The notes beneath the pieces are model-generated. The model had not been told where the DNA came from, searched no databases, and worked only from the letters and a program-made list of their open reading frames with translations. A DNA stretch of 64,000 bases from Vicinamibacterales bacterium (GTDB taxonomy: Bacteria; Acidobacteriota; Vicinamibacteria; Vicinamibacterales; 2-12-FULL-66-21): assembly GCA_036401215.1 (NCBI GenBank), contig DASWVN010000164.1, forward strand, positions 9,611 through 73,610, in the 5' to 3' direction. A program made the translations under genes and the position numbers. Positions within the stretch are counted from its first letter, which is position 1; every line of letters begins with the position of its first letter. Positions 24,787-34,176 of the stretch are shown one piece after another.

Positions 24787-25234
24787 AATCCTCTCGCTCG
24801 CCGTACTTATTCTGCGGTGTGACCTTGTCGATCCAGCGTTCGACCGGATTCAGCAGGATGAGAACGACGAGGGTGACGCCGGTTGCGATCATCGCAAGGT
24901 GATACTCCCCGCCGCCGACTGCCACCCCGATGGCGGCATTGACCCAGATCATCGCGGCGGTCGTCAGGCCACGGATGCCGCTGCCTGTCCGCATGATCGC
25001 GCCGGCCCCCAGGAACCCGATGCCGGTCACGATCTGTGCCGCGACCCTCGTAGGGTCGCCGCCTGATGAGAGCGACAGGTCGATCGACATCATCGTGAAC
25101 AGCGCCGCACCGATGGCGATCAGAATGTTGGTTCGCAGTCCGGCATACTTCTGCCGCCACTCGCGCTCGAACCCAAGCACCGCTCCCAGCGCCGCCGCGA
25201 GACACAATCGTTCGACAAGTTCCAGGTCGCTCAT
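24770..25234 (-). CDS. MgtC/SapB family membrane protein
   Basis: LAAALGAVLGFEREWRQKYAGLRTNILIAIGAALF, typical MgtC N-domain. Confidence 0.85.
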   Translation of the reverse strand: MSDLELVERLCLAAALGAVLGFEREWRQKYAGLRTNILIAIGAALFTMMSIDLSLSSGGDPTRVAAQIVTGIGFLGAGAIMRTGSGIRGLTTAAMIWVNAAIGVAVGGGEYHLAMIATGVTLVVLILLNPVERWIDKVTPQNKYGEREDSNDGD

Positions 25235-25329
25235 GCGTGGCTGTCCCTATTCCGTGTTTCCCCTCTGGCCCGTGTCTCTTCTGTGGCCTGGCATATGGCT
25301 TGCTCGGCTGACCTCAGGAGGCGAACTGC

Positions 25330-25473
25330 ATGCTCTGGACCATCGTCGTCGTGCTGCTGCTACTGTGGCTGTTCGGGCTCGTTCTCGACATTGCCGGCGG
25401 GCTCATTCACCTGCTGCTCGTCATCGCCCTGGTCGTGATCGTGTATCAGCTTCTGACCGGGAGGCGGGTCTGA
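25330..25473 (+). CDS. Small membrane protein of the lmo0937-like family (47 aa)
   Basis: Below the ORF-track size cutoff. My translation is MLWTIVVVLLLLWLFGLVLDIAGGLIHLLLVIALVVIVYQLLTGRRV. GGAGG lies about 9 nt upstream. Confidence 0.65.
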   Translation: MLWTIVVVLLLLWLFGLVLDIAGGLIHLLLVIALVVIVYQLLTGRRV

Positions 25474-25533
25474 CGGCTTCACGCGCCGGATTCGAGCCAG
25501 ATCCAAACGCGACCTGCTATCGTAAATCACCGC

Positions 25534-26241
25534 ATGGATGTGTTCCTCGTCCCGGTCGGCGTCGAAGCCTACGAACTGTATTGCGAGCACGTCGACGATG
25601 AACCTGAGGCGCCGGTGGAGGTTCCGGCCGGGTTCTGGGCGCGGCTCGATCCACGGTACCTGTTCTCGCGCCTTCGGGCCCGTTTCCACAAGGTGCTCGT
25701 CGAGGCCGAACGGGAGCGCCGCCGCGACCACGCGGCGAAAGCGGGAGACGGGTGGTTCGCACGGGTGAAGCGCCGCGCTATGCGCTGGGTCGCCGACAGC
25801 ATCGCCGAGCAGCGCCTGCTGTGGAACCTTCGCCGGCACGACCAGGCCGACCTTCACCATCCGGACGACATGCCGGGGGAGGCGGCGCAGGCGATCTGCC
25901 GGAAACAGCTGACGCGCGACTTCGAGAAGCATCGCTTGTGGCTGGTCATCGATGGCGTGCTCATGCTGGTGACGGGGGCGCTGGCCCTCGTGCCCGGGCC
26001 TAACATCCTTGGCTACTTCTTCGCGTTTCGAGTGGTGGGGCACTTGTTCTCGATCCGCGGCGCCAGGAATGGTTTGAACCGTGTCGCGTGGACGAGCGTG
26101 CCGAACCCGCCCTTGACCGATCTTCGCCGGGCGCTGTTGCTCGAACCCACGGCACGGCTGCGCGAGGCTGAAGCGGTCGCCATCCGTCTTCGTCTCGACC
26201 ATCTCGCGACCTTCTTTCAGCGGATGGCGCTGACGCAGTAG
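25534..26241 (+). CDS. Hypothetical protein with one or two central TM helices
   Basis: ORF track 235 aa with good coding character. WLVIDGVLMLVTGALALVPGPNILGYFFAFRVVGH is a hydrophobic hairpin. No family recognised. Confidence 0.55.
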   Translation: MDVFLVPVGVEAYELYCEHVDDEPEAPVEVPAGFWARLDPRYLFSRLRARFHKVLVEAERERRRDHAAKAGDGWFARVKRRAMRWVADSIAEQRLLWNLRRHDQADLHHPDDMPGEAAQAICRKQLTRDFEKHRLWLVIDGVLMLVTGALALVPGPNILGYFFAFRVVGHLFSIRGARNGLNRVAWTSVPNPPLTDLRRALLLEPTARLREAEAVAIRLRLDHLATFFQRMALTQ

Positions 26242-26288
26242 ATCCATCCGCGGGCGGTCCGCCGCGAGGTTGCTATACTGCGGACGTC

Positions 26289-27329
26289 TTGAGACTCAGC
26301 GAACTTGCCGAACGCCTCGAGTGCCGGCTCGAAGGGGACGGCACCATCGAAGTGGGCCGGGTCACCACCCTCGAAGAGGCCGGACCCGGCGATCTCACCT
26401 TCTTCACCAATCCGAAATACGCGGCGGCGCTGCGGCGTACGCGGGCGTCGGCGGTCATCCTCGGCGATGAGGCCGAAGCGGCGCCCTGCGCGATGCTGCG
26501 GACGCCGAATCCGTACCTGGCGTTTGCGCGCGCGGTCGGGATTTTCGCCGGTGATGCCCGCCCCCCGGCCGGGGTTCACCCGAGTGCCGTCGTCGCCGAG
26601 GACGCGGCCGTTGCCGCCGATGCGTCCATCGGGCCGCTCGCGGTCGTCGGGAGCGGTGCGCGTATCGGCGCGCGGACGATCGTGCACGCGCATGTCACGG
26701 TGGGGCCGTACGCAACGATCGGCGACGACTGCGTCATCCACGCCCGTGTGTCGATCCGCGAGCGCGTGCAACTCGGTCACCGCGTCGTCATCCAGGACGG
26801 CGCCGTCATCGGCAGTGACGGCTTCGGCTTCGCGCGGCGCTCCGACGGCTCGCATATGAAGATCCCGCAGGTGGGGGGCGTCGTCATCGAAGACGACGTC
26901 GAGATCGGCGCCAACACGACCATCGACCGGCCCGCCGTCGGGGAGACCCGCATCAGGGCGGGCGCGAAGATCGACAACCTGGTGCAGATCGCGCACGGCG
27001 TGACCATCGGTCACAACGTGCTCCTGGCGGCTCAAGTCGGGATCGCCGGCAGTTCGAGGCTCGAAGACTCGGTCACGCTCGCCGGGCAGGTGGGGGTGGC
27101 GGGTCACCTGACCATCGGCAAAGGGACGATTGCGACGGCGCAGACCGGCATCCCGAACTCGGTGGATGCGGGATCCTTCATTTCCGGGTACCCGGCCATC
27201 CCAAATCGCGACTGGCTGAAGTCGTCCGCCGTGTTCCGGAAACTGCCCGAACTGCGAAAGGCGGTTGCCGACCTCTCGGAGCGACTGACGGCCCTGGAGC
27301 AGCAGCTCGAGAAGGCTCGCGATAACTAA
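26289..27329 (+). CDS. lpxD: UDP-3-O-acylglucosamine N-acyltransferase
   Basis: LpxD N-terminal domain (LAERLECRLEGDG...) followed by left-handed beta-helix hexapeptide repeats and a C-terminal coiled coil. Confidence 0.9.
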   Translation: MRLSELAERLECRLEGDGTIEVGRVTTLEEAGPGDLTFFTNPKYAAALRRTRASAVILGDEAEAAPCAMLRTPNPYLAFARAVGIFAGDARPPAGVHPSAVVAEDAAVAADASIGPLAVVGSGARIGARTIVHAHVTVGPYATIGDDCVIHARVSIRERVQLGHRVVIQDGAVIGSDGFGFARRSDGSHMKIPQVGGVVIEDDVEIGANTTIDRPAVGETRIRAGAKIDNLVQIAHGVTIGHNVLLAAQVGIAGSSRLEDSVTLAGQVGVAGHLTIGKGTIATAQTGIPNSVDAGSFISGYPAIPNRDWLKSSAVFRKLPELRKAVADLSERLTALEQQLEKARDN

Positions 27330-27443
27330 CCCGGCGAGCCTCTGGGAGTTCGTCACCGCAGCCGCCCCTCCAGCTTCGTAGTCGGACCCTTCGCTCAGGG
27401 CAGGCCGGCTCTGCCTCGAGGCCGACCTTATAATGGTGGCTAC

Positions 27444-28814
27444 ATGCGAACGATCAATATCCGCCGCAGTATCAGTCTTTTGGCGGCTCTGGCGGTGCTT
27501 CTCGGCGCCAGTCCTGGTGCGTCCACTCCCAATCGTCCGAACAAACTCGAATACACGATGACCACGCTTCCGAACGGGCTGAAGGTGGTCCTGCACGAGG
27601 ACCACTCGACCCCGATCGTGCACGCGGAGTTGTGGTACCACGTCGGCTCGAAGAACGAGAAACCCGGACGCACGGGCTTCGCGCACCTCTTCGAACACAT
27701 GATGTTCAAGGGGTCCAAGAACGTGGAACCGGAGGGACATCCGTCCTGGATCTCGAGCGTCGGCGGTCAGAGCAACGCGACCACCAATGAAGACGCCACG
27801 ATCTACTGGCAGACCTTCCCGGCCCAGTACCTGCCGCTCGTGTTGTGGCTCGAGGCGGACCGGATGGCGACGCTGCGTATCGATGAGGCCGTCTTCAAGA
27901 ACGAGCGCGAGGTCGTGAAAGAGGAACGGCGGATGCGGGTCGACAATCAGCCGTTCGGACGGCTGAACGAGATCGTCTACGACCAGGCGTTCACGGTCCA
28001 CCCCTACAAGCACCCGACGATCGGCAGCATGGAAGACCTCGAGGCGGCCTCGATCGAGGACGTGCGCGACTTCTTCGACACCTACTACGTTCCCGAGAAC
28101 GCGACCCTCGTGCTGGCGGGTGATTTCGATTCCAAGGAAGCGCTGCAGCTCGTCGAGCAGTATCTGGGACGCGTGCCGAAATCGGATCGTCCGGTGCCGC
28201 GCGACATCCCGAAGGAGCCGCCGCAAACCAAGGAACGGCGCGTCCGCCTGGAGGAAAACTGGCCGCTGCCGGCCGTCGTCGTCGCGCACCACATCACCTA
28301 CGACGGCCATCCGGATTCCTATCCGCTCCACGTCGCGTCCAAGGTGCTGTCCGACGGACAAAGCTCGCGCATCTACCGTCAGCTCGTCTACGAGAAGCAG
28401 CTCGCGCTCGCGGCATCGGGCGGCGGCAACATCATCGAGCACCCGAACCTGTTCTTCGCCGTCGCCATCGTGCAGCCCGGCCGCACGCCCGAGGAAGCGG
28501 CTGACGCGCTGATCGCGGAACTCGACAAGTTGAGAAAAGAGCCGATCAGCGAAGCGGAGCTGCAGCAGGCCAAGAACCAGTTCGCACGGGATTACATCTT
28601 CAGCCGTGAATCGGTTGCGGACAAGGCGAGGACCCTCGCGCATGCGGTGGTCATCCATGACGACATCAAAACCGCGGACGCAGAATTCGACATCTTCATG
28701 AACATCACACAGGCCGATGTGCAGCGTGTGGCGCAGAAGTACTTCACCCCGGAGAACCGTCTGGTGCTGACGATCATGCCCAGGGGGTCGGGCGCCGGGG
28801 GAGGCCAGCAGTGA
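27444..28814 (+). CDS. M16 family zinc peptidase (pitrilysin-like, active-site subunit)
   Basis: Signal peptide and the inverted zinc motif HLFEHMMFKGS (HxxEH). Confidence 0.88.
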   Translation: MRTINIRRSISLLAALAVLLGASPGASTPNRPNKLEYTMTTLPNGLKVVLHEDHSTPIVHAELWYHVGSKNEKPGRTGFAHLFEHMMFKGSKNVEPEGHPSWISSVGGQSNATTNEDATIYWQTFPAQYLPLVLWLEADRMATLRIDEAVFKNEREVVKEERRMRVDNQPFGRLNEIVYDQAFTVHPYKHPTIGSMEDLEAASIEDVRDFFDTYYVPENATLVLAGDFDSKEALQLVEQYLGRVPKSDRPVPRDIPKEPPQTKERRVRLEENWPLPAVVVAHHITYDGHPDSYPLHVASKVLSDGQSSRIYRQLVYEKQLALAASGGGNIIEHPNLFFAVAIVQPGRTPEEAADALIAELDKLRKEPISEAELQQAKNQFARDYIFSRESVADKARTLAHAVVIHDDIKTADAEFDIFMNITQADVQRVAQKYFTPENRLVLTIMPRGSGAGGGQQ

Positions 28815-31027
28815 GGGCCGCGCGCGCGCTGGTCACGGCGGCGGCCTGCCTCATCGTCGCGTCGGCTGCGACGGCACAGGTTCCCGACTGGCCGACCGAA
28901 CGTCCACCACGTCCGCTCCCGGCCAGGGACGTCACCTTTCCGCCCTACGAGATCCGGACGCTCCCGAACGGCCTGCAGGTCATCGCGGTTTCGCATCACG
29001 AGCAGCCGGCGGTCAGCCTGCGGCTGATCATTCGGGCCGGATCCGCGCAGGATCCCGACAAGAAGACCGGCCTGGCGAACCTCGCCGCTTCGCTTCTCGA
29101 TCAGGGCACGACGACGAAGAGCGCGGAGCAGGTGGCGCAGTCGATCGACTCGATCGGCGGGGCGCTCGGTGTCGGGGCAGGAACCGACCTCACGTCGATC
29201 TTCGCCGCCGTCATGCGGAACAGTCTCGACGTCGGGCTCGACATCATCGCCGACATCGCGCGAAACCCGTCATTCGATCCTCAGGAGATCGAGCGCCAGC
29301 GGCAGCAGATGATCTCGGCGATGAAGGTCAGCTACGAGGACCCGGATTATCTCGCGGCGAGCGTGTTCGAACGGCTCGTGTACGGCTTCCATCCGTACGG
29401 CAAGCCGGATGCGGGCACGCCCGCCTCGCTGGCGGCGATCACGCGTGAGGACCTCGTCGCCTTCCACAAGCGATACTTCGGTCCGAACAACGCGATCCTC
29501 GCGGTGGTCGGCGACGTCACGGCAGAACAGGCGTTTGCCGGCGCCGAACGCGCGTTCGGCAAGTGGGAGAAGATCGAGGTGCCGATCGCGCCGGCCGGGG
29601 ACGTTCCGCCACCGACCCGGCGCGTCGTCATTATCGACCGTCCGGGAGCGGTGCAGACCGAGATCCGCGTCGGCCACGTCGGGCTTCCACGCAAGCACAA
29701 GGACTATCTTGCGCTCGACCTGGCGCTGAAGATCCTCGGAGGCGAGGGCGGCAACCGCCTGCACCGCGTGCTGCGCAGCGAACGAGGATTGACCTACGGC
29801 GCCGAGGCCGACATCCACGCGCTGAAGGACGCCGGCCATATCGTAGCCAGCACCGACACGCGGTCCGACACGACGGCCGAAGCCTTGCGGCTGATCGTCG
29901 ACGAGTTCGCGCGGCTCCGCAGGGAGCGCGTGCACCCGCGCGAGCTGGGTGACGCCCAGGCCTATCTCACCGGGAGCTTCCCGCTGACGATCGAAACGCC
30001 CGGTGCCATCGCGCTGCAGGTGCTCAATGCCGTCGTATACGGGCTCGATCTCCAGGAGCTGCAGACCTACCGCGAGCGCGTCAACAGTATTACGCCGGAA
30101 GACATTCAGCGGGTGGCGCAACTCTATCTGCACCCGGACCGGCTCTCGATCGTACTGGTCGGCGACGCCAACGTGTTCGCGAAGCAGCTTCCGGCCGTCG
30201 GCTTCGATCAGGTTGAGCGGATTCCGCTCTCCCAACTCGATCTCACCGCCGTGGACTTGCGCGCCCCATCCCGCGCCACGCCCGCACGCCGGGAGCCGCT
30301 GCGATTCGGGCCGCAGCTGGTCCCGGCATCGTTCACGAGCACGGCGCCGGCCCCGCAACCCGACGACACCAGGCGGCTGATCGAGAAGGCCATCGATGCG
30401 AAGGGAGGGCTCGAACGCCTGCGTTCGATCAAGACCGTACGGTCCGACTCTGAACTGATTTTCGCCACGCCCTCCGGCAATGCGAAGGTCAAGACGAAAG
30501 CGTACGTGCGCTACCCGGGCCAGTTCCGCGTGGATGCGGAAGGCCCCGACGGTCTGCGGATCCAGACCTTCGACAACGGAAGCGCGTGGGTCGGCGACGG
30601 CACCGGCGTCGAGGACGCGCCGCCGATGATCGTACGGATCATGGAGGCGAGCATTCAGCGTGACACTGTCGGTCTGCTGCTCGCGCTGATCGACAAGCGG
30701 GTGGCCGGCCAGCGTCTGAGCGACGTGCAGTTCGACGGCAAGGCGTGCCCCGCGCTCGAAGTTCAACTGAATCCCGCCGGCCGCGTCGTCCTCATTTTCG
30801 ATCCGGCGACCGGCCTCCTGGTCCAGCAGCGCTATGGTGGAGACGCCACCGAGGCGGCGACCGAAGAGCGGTTCAGCGACTACCGTCAGGTGGAGGGCCT
30901 CCAGGTGGCCCACCGAGCCATCCTCAAGCGCGCAAACAATCCCCCAGTCGAACGCCTCGTCCGCACCTTCGAGATCAACGTCCCCATCGAAGCGTCGTTC
31001 TTCAAGAAACCCGCTGACCGTCACTGA
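28811..31027 (+). CDS. M16 family peptidase-like protein lacking HxxEH, with a ~250-aa C-terminal extension
   Basis: M16 fold (GLANLAASLLDQGT in place of HxxEH). After about residue 480 there is an extra beta-rich domain (KGGLERLRSIKTVRSDSELIF...YVRYPGQFRVDAEGPDG...) that resembles LolA/RseB-like modules. That resemblance is a guess. 4-nt overlap with the upstream M16 gene. Confidence 0.8.
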   Translation: MRAARALVTAAACLIVASAATAQVPDWPTERPPRPLPARDVTFPPYEIRTLPNGLQVIAVSHHEQPAVSLRLIIRAGSAQDPDKKTGLANLAASLLDQGTTTKSAEQVAQSIDSIGGALGVGAGTDLTSIFAAVMRNSLDVGLDIIADIARNPSFDPQEIERQRQQMISAMKVSYEDPDYLAASVFERLVYGFHPYGKPDAGTPASLAAITREDLVAFHKRYFGPNNAILAVVGDVTAEQAFAGAERAFGKWEKIEVPIAPAGDVPPPTRRVVIIDRPGAVQTEIRVGHVGLPRKHKDYLALDLALKILGGEGGNRLHRVLRSERGLTYGAEADIHALKDAGHIVASTDTRSDTTAEALRLIVDEFARLRRERVHPRELGDAQAYLTGSFPLTIETPGAIALQVLNAVVYGLDLQELQTYRERVNSITPEDIQRVAQLYLHPDRLSIVLVGDANVFAKQLPAVGFDQVERIPLSQLDLTAVDLRAPSRATPARREPLRFGPQLVPASFTSTAPAPQPDDTRRLIEKAIDAKGGLERLRSIKTVRSDSELIFATPSGNAKVKTKAYVRYPGQFRVDAEGPDGLRIQTFDNGSAWVGDGTGVEDAPPMIVRIMEASIQRDTVGLLLALIDKRVAGQRLSDVQFDGKACPALEVQLNPAGRVVLIFDPATGLLVQQRYGGDATEAATEERFSDYRQVEGLQVAHRAILKRANNPPVERLVRTFEINVPIEASFFKKPADRH

Positions 31028-31199
31028 TCCCGGACCCGGACCCCGGACTCTGGACCCCACCCTTCGACTCGCTCCGCTCGCTCAGGGCAGGCACCCCGGA
31101 CCCCGGACCGCGGACCGCGGACCGCGGACCCCACCCTTCGACTCGCTCCGCTCGCTCAGGGCAGGCACCCCGGACCGCGGACCGCGGACCGCGGACAGC
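31028..31199. repeat. 74-bp tandem duplication made of a 39-nt core plus CGGACCS heptamer runs
   Basis: The core CCACCCTTCGACTCGCTCCGCTCGCTCAGGGCAGGCACC occurs at 31057-31095 and 31131-31169. CCGGACC / CGGACCG heptamers lie before, between and after the cores. Confidence 0.9.
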
Positions 31200-31211
31200 G
31201 ATAATGTCTCC

Positions 31212-32351
31212 ATGCGCGTGATGATCTCCTGTGGCGAGCCGTCCGGCGATTTGTACGCCGGCGCGCTGGCGTCCGAGATCCTGCGTCTCGAACCTTCCGC
31301 AACGATCACCGGCTTTGGCGGGGATCGCCTCGCCGCCGCGGGGGCCGGGCTGGTCGGCAACTTCAGCGGGCTGTCGGTAACGGGTCTGCTCGAGGTCGTC
31401 CGGCTGCTGCCACGAACCTACGCCACCTACAAGCGGCTGCTTGCCGACGCCGACACGATCCGCCCCGACGTCTTCGTGGCGATCGATTTCCCCGACTTCA
31501 ACTTCACCGTGGCTCGCGCGATGAAGAAGCGCGGGATCCCCGTCGTCTACTACATCAGCCCGCAGCTCTGGGCCTGGCGGGCCGGACGCATGAAGACGAT
31601 GCAGCGCATCGTCGATCGGATGCTGGTGATCTTTCCGTTCGAGGAGCAGATCTACCGCGCCGCCGGCGTCCCCGTCGAGTGGGTGGGACACCCGCTCTTC
31701 GACGTGCAGCCGGCGCAACAGGAGCGCGAGCCCTTTCTGCGCTCGCAGGACCTGGATCCCTCGAGGCCGGTCCTGGCGTTGCTGCCCGGCAGCCGCACGA
31801 ACGAACTCCGCGCGATTCTGCCAACACTGGCGCAGGCCGTTCCGGCCATCCGGGCGCGCGTCCCGCAGGCGCAGTTCCTCGTGGCGCGTGCGCCGCATCT
31901 TCGCGACGACTTGTTCACGCCCTTTCGCGAGCTGCAATCGAACGGCACGACGCTCCTGATGGTGAATGGACATGCCGACGATGTGCTGGCATCTTCGGAC
32001 GCGGCCATCGTGGCGTCGGGAACCGTCACGGTGCAGGCGGCGCTGCACGAGTGTCCAATGGTGGTCGTGTACCGGTTGTCGCCGCTGACGTACCGCGTCG
32101 GCAAGCCGTTCGTTCGCGTCGACACCTACGCGATGGCAAATCTCGTGGCCGGCCGGCGGATCGTCCCTGAGCTGATCCAGGACGGATTCACGCCGGAGGC
32201 CGCGACGGCCGAAGCGGTCCGGCTGCTGAGCGACCGTGCGTACGCCGATCGCGTGCGCGCCGATCTGCGCGAGGTCCGGAGCAAGCTCGGCGGACCCGGC
32301 GCGAGCCGCCGCGCGGCGGAGGCGGTGCTGGAAGTTGCTCGCGGGAAGTAG
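31212..32351 (+). CDS. lpxB: Lipid-A-disaccharide synthase
   Basis: MRVMISCGEPSGDLYAG...DFPDFNF...YYISPQLWAWR...GHPL are LpxB motifs. The ORF track frame 30834.. is trimmed to this ATG. Confidence 0.92.
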   Translation: MRVMISCGEPSGDLYAGALASEILRLEPSATITGFGGDRLAAAGAGLVGNFSGLSVTGLLEVVRLLPRTYATYKRLLADADTIRPDVFVAIDFPDFNFTVARAMKKRGIPVVYYISPQLWAWRAGRMKTMQRIVDRMLVIFPFEEQIYRAAGVPVEWVGHPLFDVQPAQQEREPFLRSQDLDPSRPVLALLPGSRTNELRAILPTLAQAVPAIRARVPQAQFLVARAPHLRDDLFTPFRELQSNGTTLLMVNGHADDVLASSDAAIVASGTVTVQAALHECPMVVVYRLSPLTYRVGKPFVRVDTYAMANLVAGRRIVPELIQDGFTPEAATAEAVRLLSDRAYADRVRADLREVRSKLGGPGASRRAAEAVLEVARGK

Positions 32352-32588
32352 GGATCAGGGATCAGGGAACAGGGTGAAACTCCGAATTCTGAACTCCGAA
32401 CTCCGAACTGACTTCGAATTCATAGTTCGGAGTTCATAATTCGGAGTTCATAGTTCGGAGTTCATAGTTCGCAGTTTTACCCGGTTCCTCATCCCCGAGC
32501 CCCCCATTCCCCATTCCCGTCCCTGATCCCTGATCCCCGATCCCTGATCCCTGACCCCTGATCCCTGTTCCCCGTTCCCTGTTCCCTC
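32351..32588. repeat. Nested two-family palindrome: outer GGGAWCA arms (32351-32374 / 32521-32588), inner AACTCCGAA / TTCGGAGTTCATA arms (32375-32410 / 32425-32477)
   Basis: Read directly. The centre carries GAATTC twice (32384-32389, 32416-32421). Confidence 0.9.
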
Positions 32589-32597
32589 GTTCTACAC

Positions 32598-33155
32598 TTG
32601 GTCATGCGATTCGCCGCTGTTCTTGCTGCCCTGATCCTGTTCGCGTCTTCGCTTTCCGCGACCGTCCTGCTCCCGGCCGAATTCCGCGAGATCGTCAATG
32701 GCTCCCAGATCATCGTTTACGGCCGCATTACCGACGTCCGCGCGGAATGGACGGACGGCCGCCGCCGGATCGAGAGCGTCGTCACGCTGCAGGCCGCCGA
32801 TTTCTATCGGGGGACGCCCGCGGAGCGCGTGACGTTCCGCGTGCCCGGCGGTCAGATCGGACGATACAAGAGCGTCACCGTCGGCGCGCCGGAGTTTCGC
32901 GCGGGAGACGAAGTCGTCCTGTTCCTGAGAGCGCGAGGTCCGGCCGTCCCGCAGGTGTTTGGTTTGAACCAGGGGGTCTTTCGCGTTCGCGTGGATACGC
33001 GTACGGGCCGTCGCCTCGTCACGCAGCCCATCTTGACGGCCCGTGCGGAAGCGCCGGAGCCAGTCGTCCGCGGTGCCGCGAACCGGCAGCCATTACCGCT
33101 GGAGCAGTTCGCGACGCGAGTGCGCACGGCGTTGCGTCAGGGAGGCGTGCGATGA
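32598..33155 (+). CDS. Secreted hypothetical protein
   Basis: Signal peptide MRFAAVLAALILFASSLSA (the ATG at 32604 may be the true start). Its stop overlaps the start of the next gene (ATGA). Confidence 0.55.
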   Translation: MVMRFAAVLAALILFASSLSATVLLPAEFREIVNGSQIIVYGRITDVRAEWTDGRRRIESVVTLQAADFYRGTPAERVTFRVPGGQIGRYKSVTVGAPEFRAGDEVVLFLRARGPAVPQVFGLNQGVFRVRVDTRTGRRLVTQPILTARAEAPEPVVRGAANRQPLPLEQFATRVRTALRQGGVR

Positions 33156-34153
33156 CGCGCCGCACTGTGTGGCTTGCCATTGCCTTCGCACTGCTGGCGT
33201 CGAACGATCCGGCATCCGCATACTTGAAGCTCGGCACGACCCTCGACGACCGGACCGTGACCCTGCGCTGGGAGGAGTTTCCGATCCGCTACTTCGTCAC
33301 GGATGCCGCCGGGGGCGGCGTGAGCGCCACCCAGCTGCGCGATGCGGTCGCTGCGGCGTTCGACACGTGGCACGCGGTGGAGACCGCCGACACGTCGTCG
33401 GAGTTCGTCGGATTCACCAACGCGCGTCCGAATGAGGACGATGGACTGACCGTGATCGGGTTTCTGGACCGTCCCGACCAGGATCGAACGCTCGGCGCGA
33501 CCTCGTTCCTCATCGACACGCTCACCGGCGAGATCGTCGAGGCGGAGATCTTCCTCAACTCCTTTTTCGACTGGACGGTGACGCCGAGTCCGGGCGTCGA
33601 TCGCTTCGACGTCGAGTCGATCGCGCTGCACGAGATCGGACACCTGCTCGGCCTCGGTCATTCGGCGCTCGGCGAGACCGAACTGCGGAGCGGCGGACGA
33701 CGGGTGATCGCGGCCGAAGCGGTGATGTTTCCGGTGGCGTTCTCGCCGGGGAGCACGATCGGGCGAACGCTGCGCGCCGACGACATCGCCGGCATCTCCG
33801 ACATCTATCCCAACTCGGTATTCCGCCGGGAGCGGGGGAGCATCAGTGGCCGCGTGACCAAGTCGGGTCAGGGCGTGCTCGGCGTGCACGTGATCGCCTT
33901 CAACCCGAGCACCGGCCGGATGGTCGGAGGCTTTACGCTGAGCGATGACGGCCGCTTCGTCATAGGAGGACTGGAGCCGGGGCCACATGTGCTGCGTGTC
34001 GAACCGCTGGATGACGGAGACATCGAGAGCTTCTTCGATCTGACGCTGAACATCGATACCGACTTCCGGGCGAAGTTCCACGATCGCATCGTCGTCGTTC
34101 CGCGAGGCGGCGGCACGCGTGATGTGACCATCAGCGTGCAGCCGAAGAGTTGA
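33152..34153 (+). CDS. Matrixin (M10) family zinc metalloprotease with C-terminal carboxypeptidase-regulatory-like domain
   Basis: Signal peptide; HEIGHLLGLGH (HExxHxxGxxH); Met-turn region AVMFP; C-terminal GSISGRVT...GLEPGPHVLRVEP. Confidence 0.85.
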   Translation: MTRRTVWLAIAFALLASNDPASAYLKLGTTLDDRTVTLRWEEFPIRYFVTDAAGGGVSATQLRDAVAAAFDTWHAVETADTSSEFVGFTNARPNEDDGLTVIGFLDRPDQDRTLGATSFLIDTLTGEIVEAEIFLNSFFDWTVTPSPGVDRFDVESIALHEIGHLLGLGHSALGETELRSGGRRVIAAEAVMFPVAFSPGSTIGRTLRADDIAGISDIYPNSVFRRERGSISGRVTKSGQGVLGVHVIAFNPSTGRMVGGFTLSDDGRFVIGGLEPGPHVLRVEPLDDGDIESFFDLTLNIDTDFRAKFHDRIVVVPRGGGTRDVTISVQPKS

Positions 34154-34176
34154 TGGCCGTGGTGAAGGAAAAAACC

